Shown here: in pieces, positions 1 to 11,185 of the stretch
How the letters are laid out: each line of letters opens with the position of its first letter
How positions within the stretch are numbered: the first letter of the stretch is position 1
From: the human T2T-CHM13v2.0 reference genome, Homo sapiens
Length of the DNA: 64,000 nt
NCBI RefSeq assembly: GCF_009914755.1
Contig: NC_060948.1
Reading direction: 5' to 3' (one strand)
Notes under the pieces: model-generated
Seen by the model: only the letters and a program-made list of their open reading frames with translations
Told to the model about the DNA's origin: nothing
Database searches by the model: none
Translations under genes and position numbers: made by a program

Positions 1-340
1 TCATCACTTTGTTTCCGAAGTAAATGTTGTGATGAAAGGCAAACTTCTTCCTACCCCTTGTATTCAGGGTGGCCGAGTTCCTCCACCTGCCTGTCCAAGA
101 AGGAGAAACAGGGCTGTGAAGGGGCAATTTCATCTAGGTGGGCTGAGGTGGCATTCTAGCCGGGGTGAAGCATGCGTTTCCCCTTCCCAGCTTTCCCGCT
201 GAGACACACCTGAGCCCCAGAAGGACCTCAACCTGACCAGGACCTTAGCACCCTCCCCCAGACCCAGGCTTTCCATCCTGACCTGCAAATCCAACATGCA
301 GCTTTGAAGGACTTTCTCATGGTTTCTGAGCTCCTTGCTC
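1..340 (-). pseudogene. Degenerate TSPY-family paralog B, partial (exon 2/3 homolog end, continues from the previous unit)
   Basis: Reverse strand reads gcag|GTGGAGGAACTCGGCCAC (VEELGH) ... FAFHHNIYFGNKVM, and ...CMLDLQ|gtcagg near 282. Confidence 0.75.
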
Positions 341-2376
341 TCACCAGAAAGAATCAGAACTTTTAAAGTGTTCTTTATGCCAACTTAAATTTTTCATTTT
401 TACTACCTCATGTTTTGGATGAGGCATGTATTTTTAAATTTATTTTCACCCTTATTGTACCTCTATGATAAACTGCTTGCTTACATTCATACCGTAATTA
501 TCTCTCAGGTTACTTGTCTGTTCCTAAAGATTCACTGAAATGAAGAATTCTATATATGCTTGTATCTTTCAGCAACCGTATGTCAGATAGCACTGCACAT
601 TACTGCAGACATCGCATATACAGGTCCAAAGGTAGAGGAAGAAGAAGAAAGCAAGCGTTAAGCTCTATACATTCCTAAAAGCATATCAGAAACTCACAAA
701 TAACAGTGAAATCAAAGAATGATCACAGCCAATTCCATTACATACCTAGACTGAAATACGAAACTTCAAAGAAAAGAAACATTAGAACTTTGGGTTTGTA
801 AAAATTTTCCTATATAGATAAAATTATTGGTAACTGTGTCTCACTAGAAAACGTAAACAAAAGTCCATGTTTTTCATATTTGTAAATATACATAGTTTTA
901 TTTCCATCAGTTATGACATGCAAGCAAGTAATAAAGTGAAAGTACAATCAAATGATATATGGAACTTCCTCAGTCTTAAAATATTCCATGGAGACTATCA
1001 ATTTTATGAAAACTATAAAGAATGCTTCATGAAACTACATTGTACAGTGCCATTTACTATTTTACTGATATTTTAAATAATCAACAATTAAAGGGACTAC
1101 ATCAACATTATTTAATACCAATAACGTTATTTTTCTTGAGTAATCCTGTTGAAATTAAGGATTTTAAATAAAACATTAAAAACAAATTATATTGACTGAT
1201 TTCAGCTTTGGATGAAATCATACTTGTGTATTTGTAGTAATGCGAAGCATAACTTTCTCCTCACAATTAATCTTTTATAACATCGGTGTTATAGTTTTCT
1301 CTGACACCAACATTGTGATATCGCACAGGTTTACTGCATGCATGCATTACATGCCTCCAGAGAGTAGGCTTCAAATATATGGAAAAATTATATTTATGAA
1401 AAAATTCTAGGAAAGGGTATGGTGAAATGGAAGAGAATTTCTCACTTGCTAACTGTTGGACATGGATTTGTATATATTTGGATATAGACACATACTGGCA
1501 CACTGTGAGTTTGCCCATGTATATATACACTTAAATGAGAAACCCATAATATATGGGTTGTGTAATCTTTTAATTAATCCATAATTGTATGTGTGTGAAA
1601 TTAGATAAGCGGTTACCTTTTCTTTACTCAATTTGATGGAAAGCCAAAAAACTCTGTCCACCTTCATTTCAATTAATCCAATACTGTTAACTGCTGGTAG
1701 CTTCATTCTCCTTGTTCTCTTACGGCAACCGGAAAGTTAATTCTCGCTCTAATTTGGCTTTCAAGGTGCGATCAACAAGAGTGTCACCTTGCTGTGGATT
1801 GTGACCTCTGACTCCACCTCTGTCTTCCTTTTGCAGTCCTACCTTTGCATAGGTAACAAACTTTGTACATGGTTAAAAGGATAAAAGTTCAGTGAAATGT
1901 CAAGCCATGCTGTGAAATGTTCCATAGTTTCTATATCTCTAATTGTCCTTTGATGTTATAGAGGCAAGAAAAATAATTCAATGTTTTTCTTAGTATCTAG
2001 TCCAATGCACTCTTTCTTCATAATACTGCAAACAAGGCACTGACATGGAAACGTGGCTGGACGTCTCAAAATCTCTTCTCATTAATTACCATTATGTTAA
2101 TCACTGTTGCCCACAACTGGAATTGGACTTTGAAATCCCCTGGTGGAAATTGCTATAATGGCTCAAACTACTGGAAAGACTATCTTTTTTTACCTGAAAA
2201 TATCTGATGAGCATAGACGTATGCTATATACAGGAAGATATTGTACATTAACAACATACCATCACTGCCACTCAATAATAGGTATCCCAAACCTTTGAGC
2301 CAAACTGAGCTCGGGTGCTCCCACAAACCAAGCTTTTCCCTCCACAGATTTCTTATGTCAAAAAGCCACAACTCCA

Positions 2377-2669
2377 GGCCAGGCTTCGTGGCTCTTGTTG
2401 TAATTTCTACATTTTGGGAGGCCGAGGTTGGTGGGTCACTTGAGGTCAGGAGTTGGAGACCAGCATGGGCAACATGGCAAAAAGCTGTCTCTACCAAAAA
2501 TACAAAAATTAGCCAGACCTAGTGGCACTTTCCTGTGGTCCCAGCTACTTGGGAGGCTGAGGTAGGAGAACCACCTGAACATGGGTGGCAGAGATTGTAT
2601 AGTAAGCCAAGATCAGACTACTGCACTCCAGCCTGGATGACACAGCGAGACCATGAAAAAAAAAATAAA
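2377..2669 (+). mobile_element. Alu SINE (old, diverged, full dimer)
   Basis: ggccaggc..gtggctc..tttgggaggccgagg..tgaggtcaggagttggagaccagc..aaaaatacaaaaattagcc..tgcactccagcctgg, followed by an A-tail. Confidence 0.92.
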
Positions 2670-2714
2670 GGCAACTCCACTCGTCCACTGGCTTAGGTAA
2701 AAAATACTGGAGTT

Positions 2715-2996
2715 GGCTGGGCTCGGTGGCTCACACCTGTATTCCCAGCACTTTGGATTTTGGGAAGCTGAGTCGGGCGGGTCACCTGAGATCTGTAGTA
2801 GGAGAGCAGCCTGGCCAACATGGTGAAGCCTGGCTTCTACTAAAAATACAAAACATTAGCTGAGCGTGGTGATGCATGCTTGTAATCCCAGCTACTGCAG
2901 AGGCTGAACCTGGGAGGCGGAGGATGTGTTGAGCTGAGATCCTGCCACTGCGCTCCAGCCTGGTCTACAGAGCGAGAGTACCCTGTGAGAAACAAA
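2715..2996 (+). mobile_element. Alu SINE (diverged, small internal deletion in right arm)
   Basis: ggctgggctcggtggctcacacctgtattcccagcactttgg..cctggccaacatggtgaa..ctactaaaaatacaaaa..tgtaatcccagctact..ccactgcgctccagcctgg. Confidence 0.92.
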
Positions 2997-3126
2997 GGTG
3001 AAGAGAACAAGAAAAAAAAATGAGAAAAATAAGACCCACTGCAAAAGGTTGCCACAGAAAAGATTAAACATTTCAGCAACTTCTATCTTCTATCATGGAA
3101 GCCAAGGTTATTTGGACCAAACCTCC

Positions 3127-3479
3127 TGTCTTAGTTCATTTTCACGCTGCTGAAGAAGAGATACCTGAAACTGGGAATAAAAGGAGGTTTAATTGGACTG
3201 ACAGTTCCACATGGCTGTGGAGGCCTCAGAATCATGGTATACGAATAAAGGCACTTCTTACATGGCAATGCCAAGAGAGAATGAGGAAGAACCTGAGGCA
3301 GAAACCCCTGAAAAACCCATCAGATCCCGTGAGACTTCTTCACTGTCACAAGAATAGCATGAGAAAGACCGACCCCCATGATTCAATTACCTCCCCCTGG
3401 GTCCCACCCGCAACACGAGGGAATTCTGGGAGATACAATTGAAGCTGAGATTTGAATGGAGACACACCAAACCATGTCA
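3127..3479 (-). mobile_element. THE1-family (MaLR) solo LTR
   Basis: TG...CA termini. Reverse complement of the THE1 consensus (catgattcaattacctccc, cacatggctg, gagatttg..gacaca..caaaccat.tca). 5-bp TSD-like flanks cctcc / cttcc. Confidence 0.9.
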
Positions 3480-3959
3480 CTTCCCAAACAATTAAAAATT
3501 CCCAATAGAAGAAGCATTAATTATATCAAAAAGTGGTGGACCAAGAAGGAACTATTAGCCTCATATCTCAAGAAAGACTCCAGTCAAGGCCTAGGGACTA
3601 CTCATGAAAAGAGTTTAATAGCCGACTCTCTCCCAGTGGATCTGGATTCCACCGGACTGTATCTTCACAGTAAGGGTGAAACAGAAGCAAACCCATTCCT
3701 ATTTCCAAGCTCAAGGAACTTTGGTCAAAGTTCTCTTGGAGCTGAGCAGAACAAGGAGGCAAACAGAAAAGATTTGTGTCCCTGAGAAGTCATGGCCACA
3801 GGCTGGCTATCACACAGATTGTCAAGCCAGTTCCATATTGCATGGGTATTACAGAAAATCTCAAAACATAAATTTGTGTGTGGGTTGTCCCAGAGTAGCA
3901 GGATCTGGCAGAAGGAAATTTCCTTCTAACCCTCAAAGAATCCACATAAATCTTGTTAC

Positions 3960-4900
3960 ATTTGGGATTTTACGATTTGCTTCAGGAATGAGAATGGCCT
4001 TAATTTTCATATCTTTTTCTACACTCAGTTTATGGCTTGTTGGCGTCAAAGTTCTGCTTGCTTCACACAATGAGTTTAGGATTTTCCCTTTTTTATTCTA
4101 TAGAATTCTTCATATATATTGAAATGCTCTGCCTGGGGAAAAAAATCTGAGCCTAGCGTTTTATCTCTAGGAAGAATCCTTTATTTCCTTGAACATTTAT
4201 GAGACTATACAGATTATATATGTCTTCTTGTATCAATTTTACTAAGCTATATACATAGCTTATGTTTATATATTATATATATAAATGTAAGATACAAATA
4301 TAAAAATTATGTATAAATATGAAAATATATATAGAAAGCGATATATATGTCTATATATATAGACAGATTATAAATATCTGTCTATTTGATCTAAGTTTTC
4401 AAATTTGTAGGTTAAGGTGTTAATGATATTTCCTTATTAGCTTCTTAATCTATGCTGTATCTATGGTTGTGTACCTTTTAAATTCTTAGTTTTATCTATG
4501 TTTTCTCCCTTTTTTTCTAAACTTGACTGACGGTTGCATCATTTATTATATTTCTCCAACAAGCAAAGGTTAGCTTTGTATGTTTTACTAATTTTGTCTA
4601 CATCATTATTCCCACACTTTAGTTTTTCAGAATTGATTCTGTTGTTTCTTTTCTAATTCTTTATTGAAATATCTAGTACATTAATTTTCAAGTTATTAGA
4701 GAAATATTTGTCTGTAAACTCCTATTGTAATATCACTTTTCTTGCTACTCACAGATTTAATCTTTAATATTGGCGGTATCATTGAGTTCTAAGTACATTT
4801 CAATTCCTAGTATGATAATCTATGAATTGCTGAGAAATAGTGTTTACAATTTTGTTGTTCTATTTCCACTTAAGTTTATTTTTACTTCTGCTAACTCAAT
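3960..4900 (-). mobile_element. Old L1 (LINE-1) ORF2-region fragment with embedded AT-rich low-complexity stretch; copies ~24231-25171 and ~44517-45457
   Basis: T-rich sequence resembling antisense L1 ORF2 (ggcgtcaaagttctgcttgcttcacacaatgagtttagg; agcaaaggttagctttgt). Heavily diverged, boundaries approximate. Confidence 0.6.
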
Positions 4901-4927
4901 TGAAAATTCTTTACTAATTTTTAAAAT

Positions 4928-5042
4928 CCTTGAACCCAAGAGATGGAGGTTGCAGTGAGCTGAGATCAGGCCACTGCATTCCAGACTGAGTGACAGAGTG
5001 GAACGAGATTTCAAAACAAAACAAAACAAAACAAAACAAAAC
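4928..5042 (+). mobile_element. Alu right-arm fragment with (CAAAA)n tail; copies ~25199-25313 and ~45485-45599
   Basis: cttgaacccaagagatggaggttgcagtgagctgagatcaggccactgcattccagactgagtgacagagtg, followed by (aaaac)n. Confidence 0.88.
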
Positions 5043-6589
5043 AGTCACTGGAAAGATAATAAAATACATAAATGTGGGATGTAATATGTAATCGTGATAA
5101 AATAAACTGGATTTTTTGTATAAGTTATACATATAAATGTAATGCCAAGACACTGATAAGACAACTCATGGTCTTATCTCAATACTTAGTGTCTTCATGT
5201 AACATATGTCCTTTAGGATAGTTATAGTCCGTTTTCTTTCCAGGAGAGACAGATGAGAATGCAGAAATGTTAAAGTGCAAGGGACGGAAGCTTCCAGCTG
5301 TGCCCACCTGTAACCTGACGTAGACAGTTCCACCGTTTGCTTCATTAATCATGCCAAAGGCTCTAATGCAAATGTGGTACAGAGTCACATGTTTTTGTAT
5401 CTACATGATAGAAACTATAACTTCATCCCTATATAGAAGGGTATATAGCATATGCCTCAGTGATAAATATAAGTGAATCATTGATCAGTAGGAAACCATT
5501 TTAAAAGTCTTTCATAACAGAACAAAATCCCTGAAAACATTTTCTTCTCAATCTCTGAGTTTTCTTACACGGCTTATGAATCTCTAGCCATACTAAAGAG
5601 ATAGTATGCTGCTCTTCCCACAAATTATTCATTGTATATAATTCCTGTAATCTAATAACAGTACCTTTACACCTCAGGGTTTAAAATGACTCCAACCTTT
5701 TTCTGTTTCTCCAATTAAAATAACTTTTTTAAGGTTTAATCTTCAGTAATTTTTTGTAGTAATATTTTTGAAGGTATTTGACCAGGATGATTTGCTTATA
5801 TACCTACCTGACGTCTCCCTTTCTTCTGAATACATATTTTATTACCCACCTATTAGATCTAAGTTTAAGAAGTTGGAATAGGGATTTAAATCTAAATTCT
5901 ACATTTGAATTTACAGGAGTCAGCGAGTCCGGGAAGTGCCTTTATGCACAGACCAATATCTGGCAATGGCACTAGGAGACAAATAAGCTTTACCAGTCTC
6001 AAAGCCCTGGCTACTACAGTGAATCCACCCTTCTCCTGGATCTTATCTACTTCAGCAAAAGAAGGCCACCCACTAAACCAGGCCCTTGTACTTTGGGTGG
6101 AAACTCCTAAGTCCTCTAGTCTCCTCAAACAGACAGCCAGGCTGCCAATTTCCACAATAATAATTTCTATAGCACTGAGTCTTTGGTAGCCTTGTAACTA
6201 TAGCTACTGATGCTACAGTCTGGTCCCTGTATGATAAAACACCAGAGCAACAGAAACAAAAATATTGACTGAAGCCTTCTAAAATCTCTCTAAATATACC
6301 TTCAATAAATATGGTTTTTTTTACAGAACGACTGCTTTCAGCTTCCTGAACTAACGCTTGGCCTTCGCTAGTTGTCACTGTTGAAATTGATTCAAAAGTG
6401 TACATTTAACATGAAAGTCAACACAGAATTTCATGTGTCAGCAACTAAAATTTTCAAAATGTTGCAAAATACAAATGTGAAACTGTATTTGTGAAATTTA
6501 CCATTCATTGAAATTATATTTTCATACCTACCCAGGCACAGAATTTTTTATAACTGTCTGCATGTTCTCCTCATGTGGGGGAAAAGCAG

Positions 6590-6701
6590 CATCAGCAGGC
6601 AGAGGAATCCTTTGAAGCTGGAGGGAGAGGTTGCAGTGATCTGAGAGTTTGCCACTTGACTGCAGCCTGGATGACACAGTGAGACTCCAACTGAAAAGAA
6701 A

Positions 6702-6704
<3 letters not shown>
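6590..6704 (+). mobile_element. Alu right-arm fragment whose tail runs into (CA)n; copies ~26862 and ~47145
   Basis: aggcagaggaatcctttgaagctggagggagaggttgcagtgatctgagag...gcagcctggatgacacagtgagactcc. Confidence 0.8.
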
Positions 6705-6740
<36 letters not shown>

Positions 6741-6805
6741 CCAAAATTGATAAGTAAAAAAAAAATCCATATTCGAAAACATGCTCACAGGCTAACTCCC
6801 ATATC

Positions 6806-6846
<41 letters not shown>
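6705..6846. repeat. Pair of (CA)n microsatellites, length-variable between units
   Basis: Counted by eye: (AC)17 + (CA)19 in unit 1, 16 + 23 in unit 2 (26977-27124), 18 + 20 in unit 3 (47260-47405). Confidence 0.93.
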
Positions 6847-6848
<2 letters not shown>

Positions 6849-7264
6849 TCCTTGAAAACGAAAGTTCCACAAGGGCAAAACAAGAAAACAAATTTAACAC
6901 CCCCCAAAGAAAGTACAAAGAGTAACCTCAAAAGAACCGCAGGGGAAAACAATTCAAAATTTACAAGTATCTACCCTAAAAGAAGCTGAAAGTCCCTCAA
7001 AAACTTTCCAGAGGCCATGTCCTTGTATTACAAAAATGATCATAAAAACTGGCAGGAGTAGACGAATAGAAATGCATCTTAAAACTTGCTAAACCCTTCA
7101 AGTCTCCCATAAGAATTGTAATGGAAAATGGATCGGTCGGCAGCTTTTTCCATACAATTATGAACAAATTATATTTCTTCATACATAGATTTGTTTTTTC
7201 AATATTCTAAGGAATTAACTTTTATATTAATAGTAGGTGATGTAAGAAAGCAGGCCTTTATCAA

Positions 7265-10150
7265 GATAACTGACACTGGATGTCCATACCATTACTCAGG
7301 TGGGCCTTAATTCCCAGCCGGGTTCCCTCCCTGGACACACACTGAAGGTCCCCAGCCATTTGGCAATCTCTTCACATTCCCAGCCCTGGAGGTAGCCCTA
7401 AAATACATGTACCTGAAGAAAATAAAACATTGCCTCACACTGGAGCCCAGTGTGGTCCTCCAGATTCCGTGTGAGGTGGACTAACTTATATGGGAAGGCA
7501 GGGCAGCGGGAGTGAGGATGGCAGAGAGGATTACACATGTCAAGGCAGCCGGGGTCATGGAAACAAAACATGACTGGCCTGGGAGAAACACTGTGAAAGG
7601 ACACAGACCTAGGTGGGCCTCAGGTGGACATCCTCATGGAGAAAAAGGGGGCCCTGGTTGATCTCAAAATGAGCCCCAGGTGGTAGCAGGTCTTACCGCA
7701 GGGCAGGGAGCTGGCGAGTAATGATGAGACAGCTATCCCTTAAGCCCTGCTTGTCACCCACTGACTTTAGCCACATATGCATCATAGTGGCTTAAGGTGC
7801 CCCGATCCTGAAATGTGGGTGTTACATGTCCCTGATGGGCCTCTCTCCCCCAACCCACGGATTGCCTGGGATTGCTCACTGCAGTCTCCTCCCGGATCCT
7901 TGGGTTCTCCATGTGGGGCCCAGATCCAGGTCAAAAGGCCTCTCAGTTCCCAGCCCTTCCCAGCCCTAGGCTGCTCGCCTGGCCTCCTCTCTGTTCCGCC
8001 TCTAGGGCTGACCCTCTCTCCATGGGATAGAACTGCAATGGATTGAGCCATAGGCCCTGGCTGATGATCTAGGGGACTGCAGAAGTGGGTCCAGGACAGT
8101 TCAGGTGACAGTTCAAAGCCAATTCCCCAGAGACCAAGGAATGACCAGCTAGGTCCTTTCCCATGATGCCCCACGGCGAACCCCACCTCAGCAATCCTGC
8201 CAAAACCCGGGCAGTCATGTTCAGCCAAACAGCTGAATGAGCTCAGGTAGGAGGTGTACTGCCTGCAGCTGGAGGCTTGACCTTCGTGATCCCAGAACCG
8301 CTGGACTGCAGTGGAATGAGACACCCTGTAGCCTGCAGGGAGAGGAGTCAGGAAGGTTCATGCCAGTCCCACCCTCCCACACACCAGCTCCCCTACCATG
8401 CTGGGAGGCATTCCTTACCGAGGATGCCAACACAGTGCTCCTTCATGATGATTTCACTGTGGAAATAAAGGTTGGGATGAAAGGAAATCATCCTGCCACC
8501 GGTAACCGGGATGGCTGAGTTCCTCCACCTGCCGGATCAAGGAGAAAGAGGATGGATTCAATGGGACCATCTCAACTAGCCGGGCTGAGGTGGCCTACTA
8601 GCTGTAGTGAACCATGAGTTTCCCCTTCCCAGCTCTCCCACTGAGACAACCCTGGTCCCCAGGGGGACCTCAAACTGACTCAGACACTGGACTCCTCCCA
8701 CAGACCCAGGCTCCCCAGCCTGACCTGCAAATCCATCACGTAGCAAAGCAGGACTTCCGCATGCTTTCCGACCCACGCCGACATCTCGTGTGCCAAACAA
8801 TCTACCTCTGCGCAAGAACTCTCCAGAGGATTGGGTGGGCAAGCCTCGTGACGCCTTGCAATTTCGCAAGAACACAGACAATGTGGAACAGGGCCATCTC
8901 CCAGACATTTGGCCAGTCACCCTTCATTGTTGGCCCTCTATCTCTGTCTGGCGAGGAGGCAACGCCACAACTGTGGTGGTTTTTGGAGTGGGTGGACCCC
9001 GGCCAAGACGGCCTGGGCTGACCAGAGACGGGAGGCAGAAAAAGTGGGCAGGTGGTTGCAGCTGAGGGACGGGAGGGACCGGGGGTGGTGTGAGGCGGCT
9101 GCTTCTCTGAGTTTCTGAGATGCAGGAGGCCTTTGTGTGCTGGGTGCTGGACATGCTCCGCTGATGTCCGGGTGTGTGGTGTCCTCTTATCCTAGTCTCC
9201 CTGAGGGGTGGGCCTGTCCACCTGAGGGAAGCCTTGTAGTTAGAAGCCACAGCAGGGTCGTGCCTGGCGCTCTCCAAGGGAATTGCGTGGGTCCAGAGGA
9301 AGTTATACAGGCTCAGGGCCTACACGCCTTTGAGTGCAGCGCCTGCAGTTGGATGAATGCGCATCTGCGGAGCTGGTGCCCGCCGTCAGGTGGTCGGCAG
9401 CCCCATGCGCCGCGAACCCGTCTTAAGCACCTTGTGTTTCTGGGGTGAGCCTGCTGGAAACAGGCACCGAGAGCAGGGGTGGTTCAATGGCTGGTAATGG
9501 CATACAGATTCCCCGTCCTCCAGGGACGTTCCCAGGGAAACGCGTCCTTCGAATTTGGGCTGTGCGCAAAGGGACCTTGGCGCCGCGATTCTCCCTTGTC
9601 AGTGCTGGCCCTGGCTCCCCTTCCCTACCACGTGCTCCCAGGGCTGCTACAAGCGAGCTGCCCTCACAGCTGCGGGAACGTGGCCTCGGCTCCCACGCTG
9701 TCCCCCATCCCCTGCCTCCTGGCTGACCCCACGTGCCTCCCACCTGGCTCCTCCCCCCAAACAGCCCCCATACCCCCCGAGGCCCGATGACTATCCCCTG
9801 CTGCCCGCCATCCCAAATCGGCAGCCGCAAGGATATGGCTCTGGCTCACAAGGCGGAGATGCTCTGTGGCCTGGGGCATTCACGGAGCCCAGCTCCAAGT
9901 GAAGGACCTCCAGTGAGTCCATTGACGGCCCCGGTGTGCTCGGTCCAGGGCCAGGCTGTGCCCGCTGGCCCTCCTTCTGCCACCCCACGTCGGGCTCCAC
10001 CTCAACCACCACCTCCACCTCAGCCATGATGTCTTCCACCTTCAGCACCGCCTCCTCTTCCAAGGCCGCCTCCTTGCTCTGTACCCCGGCCGTCCTCTCC
10101 AGCATTGCCTCCAGCCTGAACACGGTTTTCTCCTGGGTGCTCCCACAGAC
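7265..10150 (-). pseudogene. FAM197Y: Degenerate TSPY-family paralog A, head-to-head with TSPY (probably the FAM197Y/CYorf16 locus)
   Basis: Minus-strand homologs of TSPY exon 1 (~10150-9837; [38 protein letters not shown]), exon 2 (8801-8725, 77 nt vs 78), exon 3 (8528-8419, 110 nt vs 112; FHPNLYFHSEIIMKEH), exon 4 (8332-8187, 146 nt = TSPY; YRVSHSTAVQRF...GRIAE) and exon 5 (from 8068; IISQGLWLNPLQFY). Exons 2 and 3 are frameshifted. The FAM197Y name comes from recalled array annotation, not from a search. Confidence 0.8.
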
Positions 10151-11185
10151 CCTGGGCCTGCGCAGCCCAGCCCAGCCCAGCCCATGCCCCGCACCCGTAG
10201 GCTCTGGGGGCCCGCTCCCCAGCAGACCCGCTCCCTGCAAGACCCACGGGCGTCGCCCTGCTGTGAACCTGGTCCCACACCTACGTGGACCCAGGTTTCC
10301 TGAGGAGCTCCGCTGGACCCGCAGATCCCGCACTGGCCAAAGGGCTCCGGTCCCCAGCAGGCTCAACTGCGCACAGGAGCTCGGGAGCCAGAGGCCCCGG
10401 CCCTGGGCTTGCAGAGCCCCACCAACAGGCACCGCAACCGCTGCTGCGGGTGCGGGAGCCTCTGGGTCGTCAAGGCAGCGCACAACAGCGTGTGTGCAGG
10501 CCGACAATGGCCAACCCTGGCGGCTGGCCTCTGGTGTGCCCAGGGCATAGGACAAGAGGCCCTTTGGAATGCTCCTTGGAGTACAGCATCCTCAGGGAGG
10601 AAGCATGGTACTCGGAGCCTCTATTTGCCTCGACCTGTGAGAGTGTGTGCCGGGGCTCTGGCCTCTACAGCAGATCAATTCCACCTCAGCACCGGCAGGC
10701 GACTTTCCTCCCACGTGCCCGCCCCGATCACTTCCCCCAGGACACCCCTGCCGCCCTAGCCCCAGCAACCAGAGAGAGTTCTCTGCATCTGCTGTATTAC
10801 CTCCGTACCATCTACCTGGCCTGCCTAACGAAGAGAGATGTTTCCTGTGTTCATGACACATAGAGATGTTCATGGCTTGCCACACTGAGGATGTCAGGGC
10901 ACAGGGCTGCCATGCCCACAGTTCCAAAGGCCACGCAGCCCGCGTGTGCCCGGATGCCTAGCTACCCGGCACAAGCTCCAAGGGCTTCTCGGAGGAGGCT
11001 TGGGCAGGGAAGGCGGGGGGTGGGGGGGCTGGAGATGCAGGCCCGCCAGTGGCTGTGCCGCCCAGGGAGACGCCCACCGCCCTCCCATTGACTGGCCACG
11101 ACGGGAGGAAGTCGGCCTGGGTGCGGCCCCCCGGCCCTTCGCGCGCAGTCCCTTAGGGGGCGCCTGGAAGCCCGGCGCATGCGCC
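10150..11185. promoter_or_regulatory. GC/CpG-rich TATA-less TSPY promoter region, likely bidirectional
   Basis: CpG-dense interval between divergent TSPY and paralog A. Contains a GC box (CCGCCC ~11077-11082), G-tracts at 11002-11028 and GCGCATGCGC over the ATG. No TATA box seen. Confidence 0.7.

Noticed and set aside
3095-4122. Consecutive 109-148 aa ORFs
   Set aside because: They overlap a THE1 LTR and old L1-like sequence and show no coherent protein similarity.
5806-5826. Minus-strand gagacgtcag|gt identical to the end of TSPY exon 5, as a possible third relic
   Set aside because: Only a 12-nt match with no flanking homology, compatible with chance.
7782-8324. 180-aa minus-strand ORF as an independent gene
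   Set aside because: It has a GTG start and only its first ~46 codons are the TSPY exon 4 homolog; the rest is intron and out-of-frame exon 5. It is treated as part of relic A.
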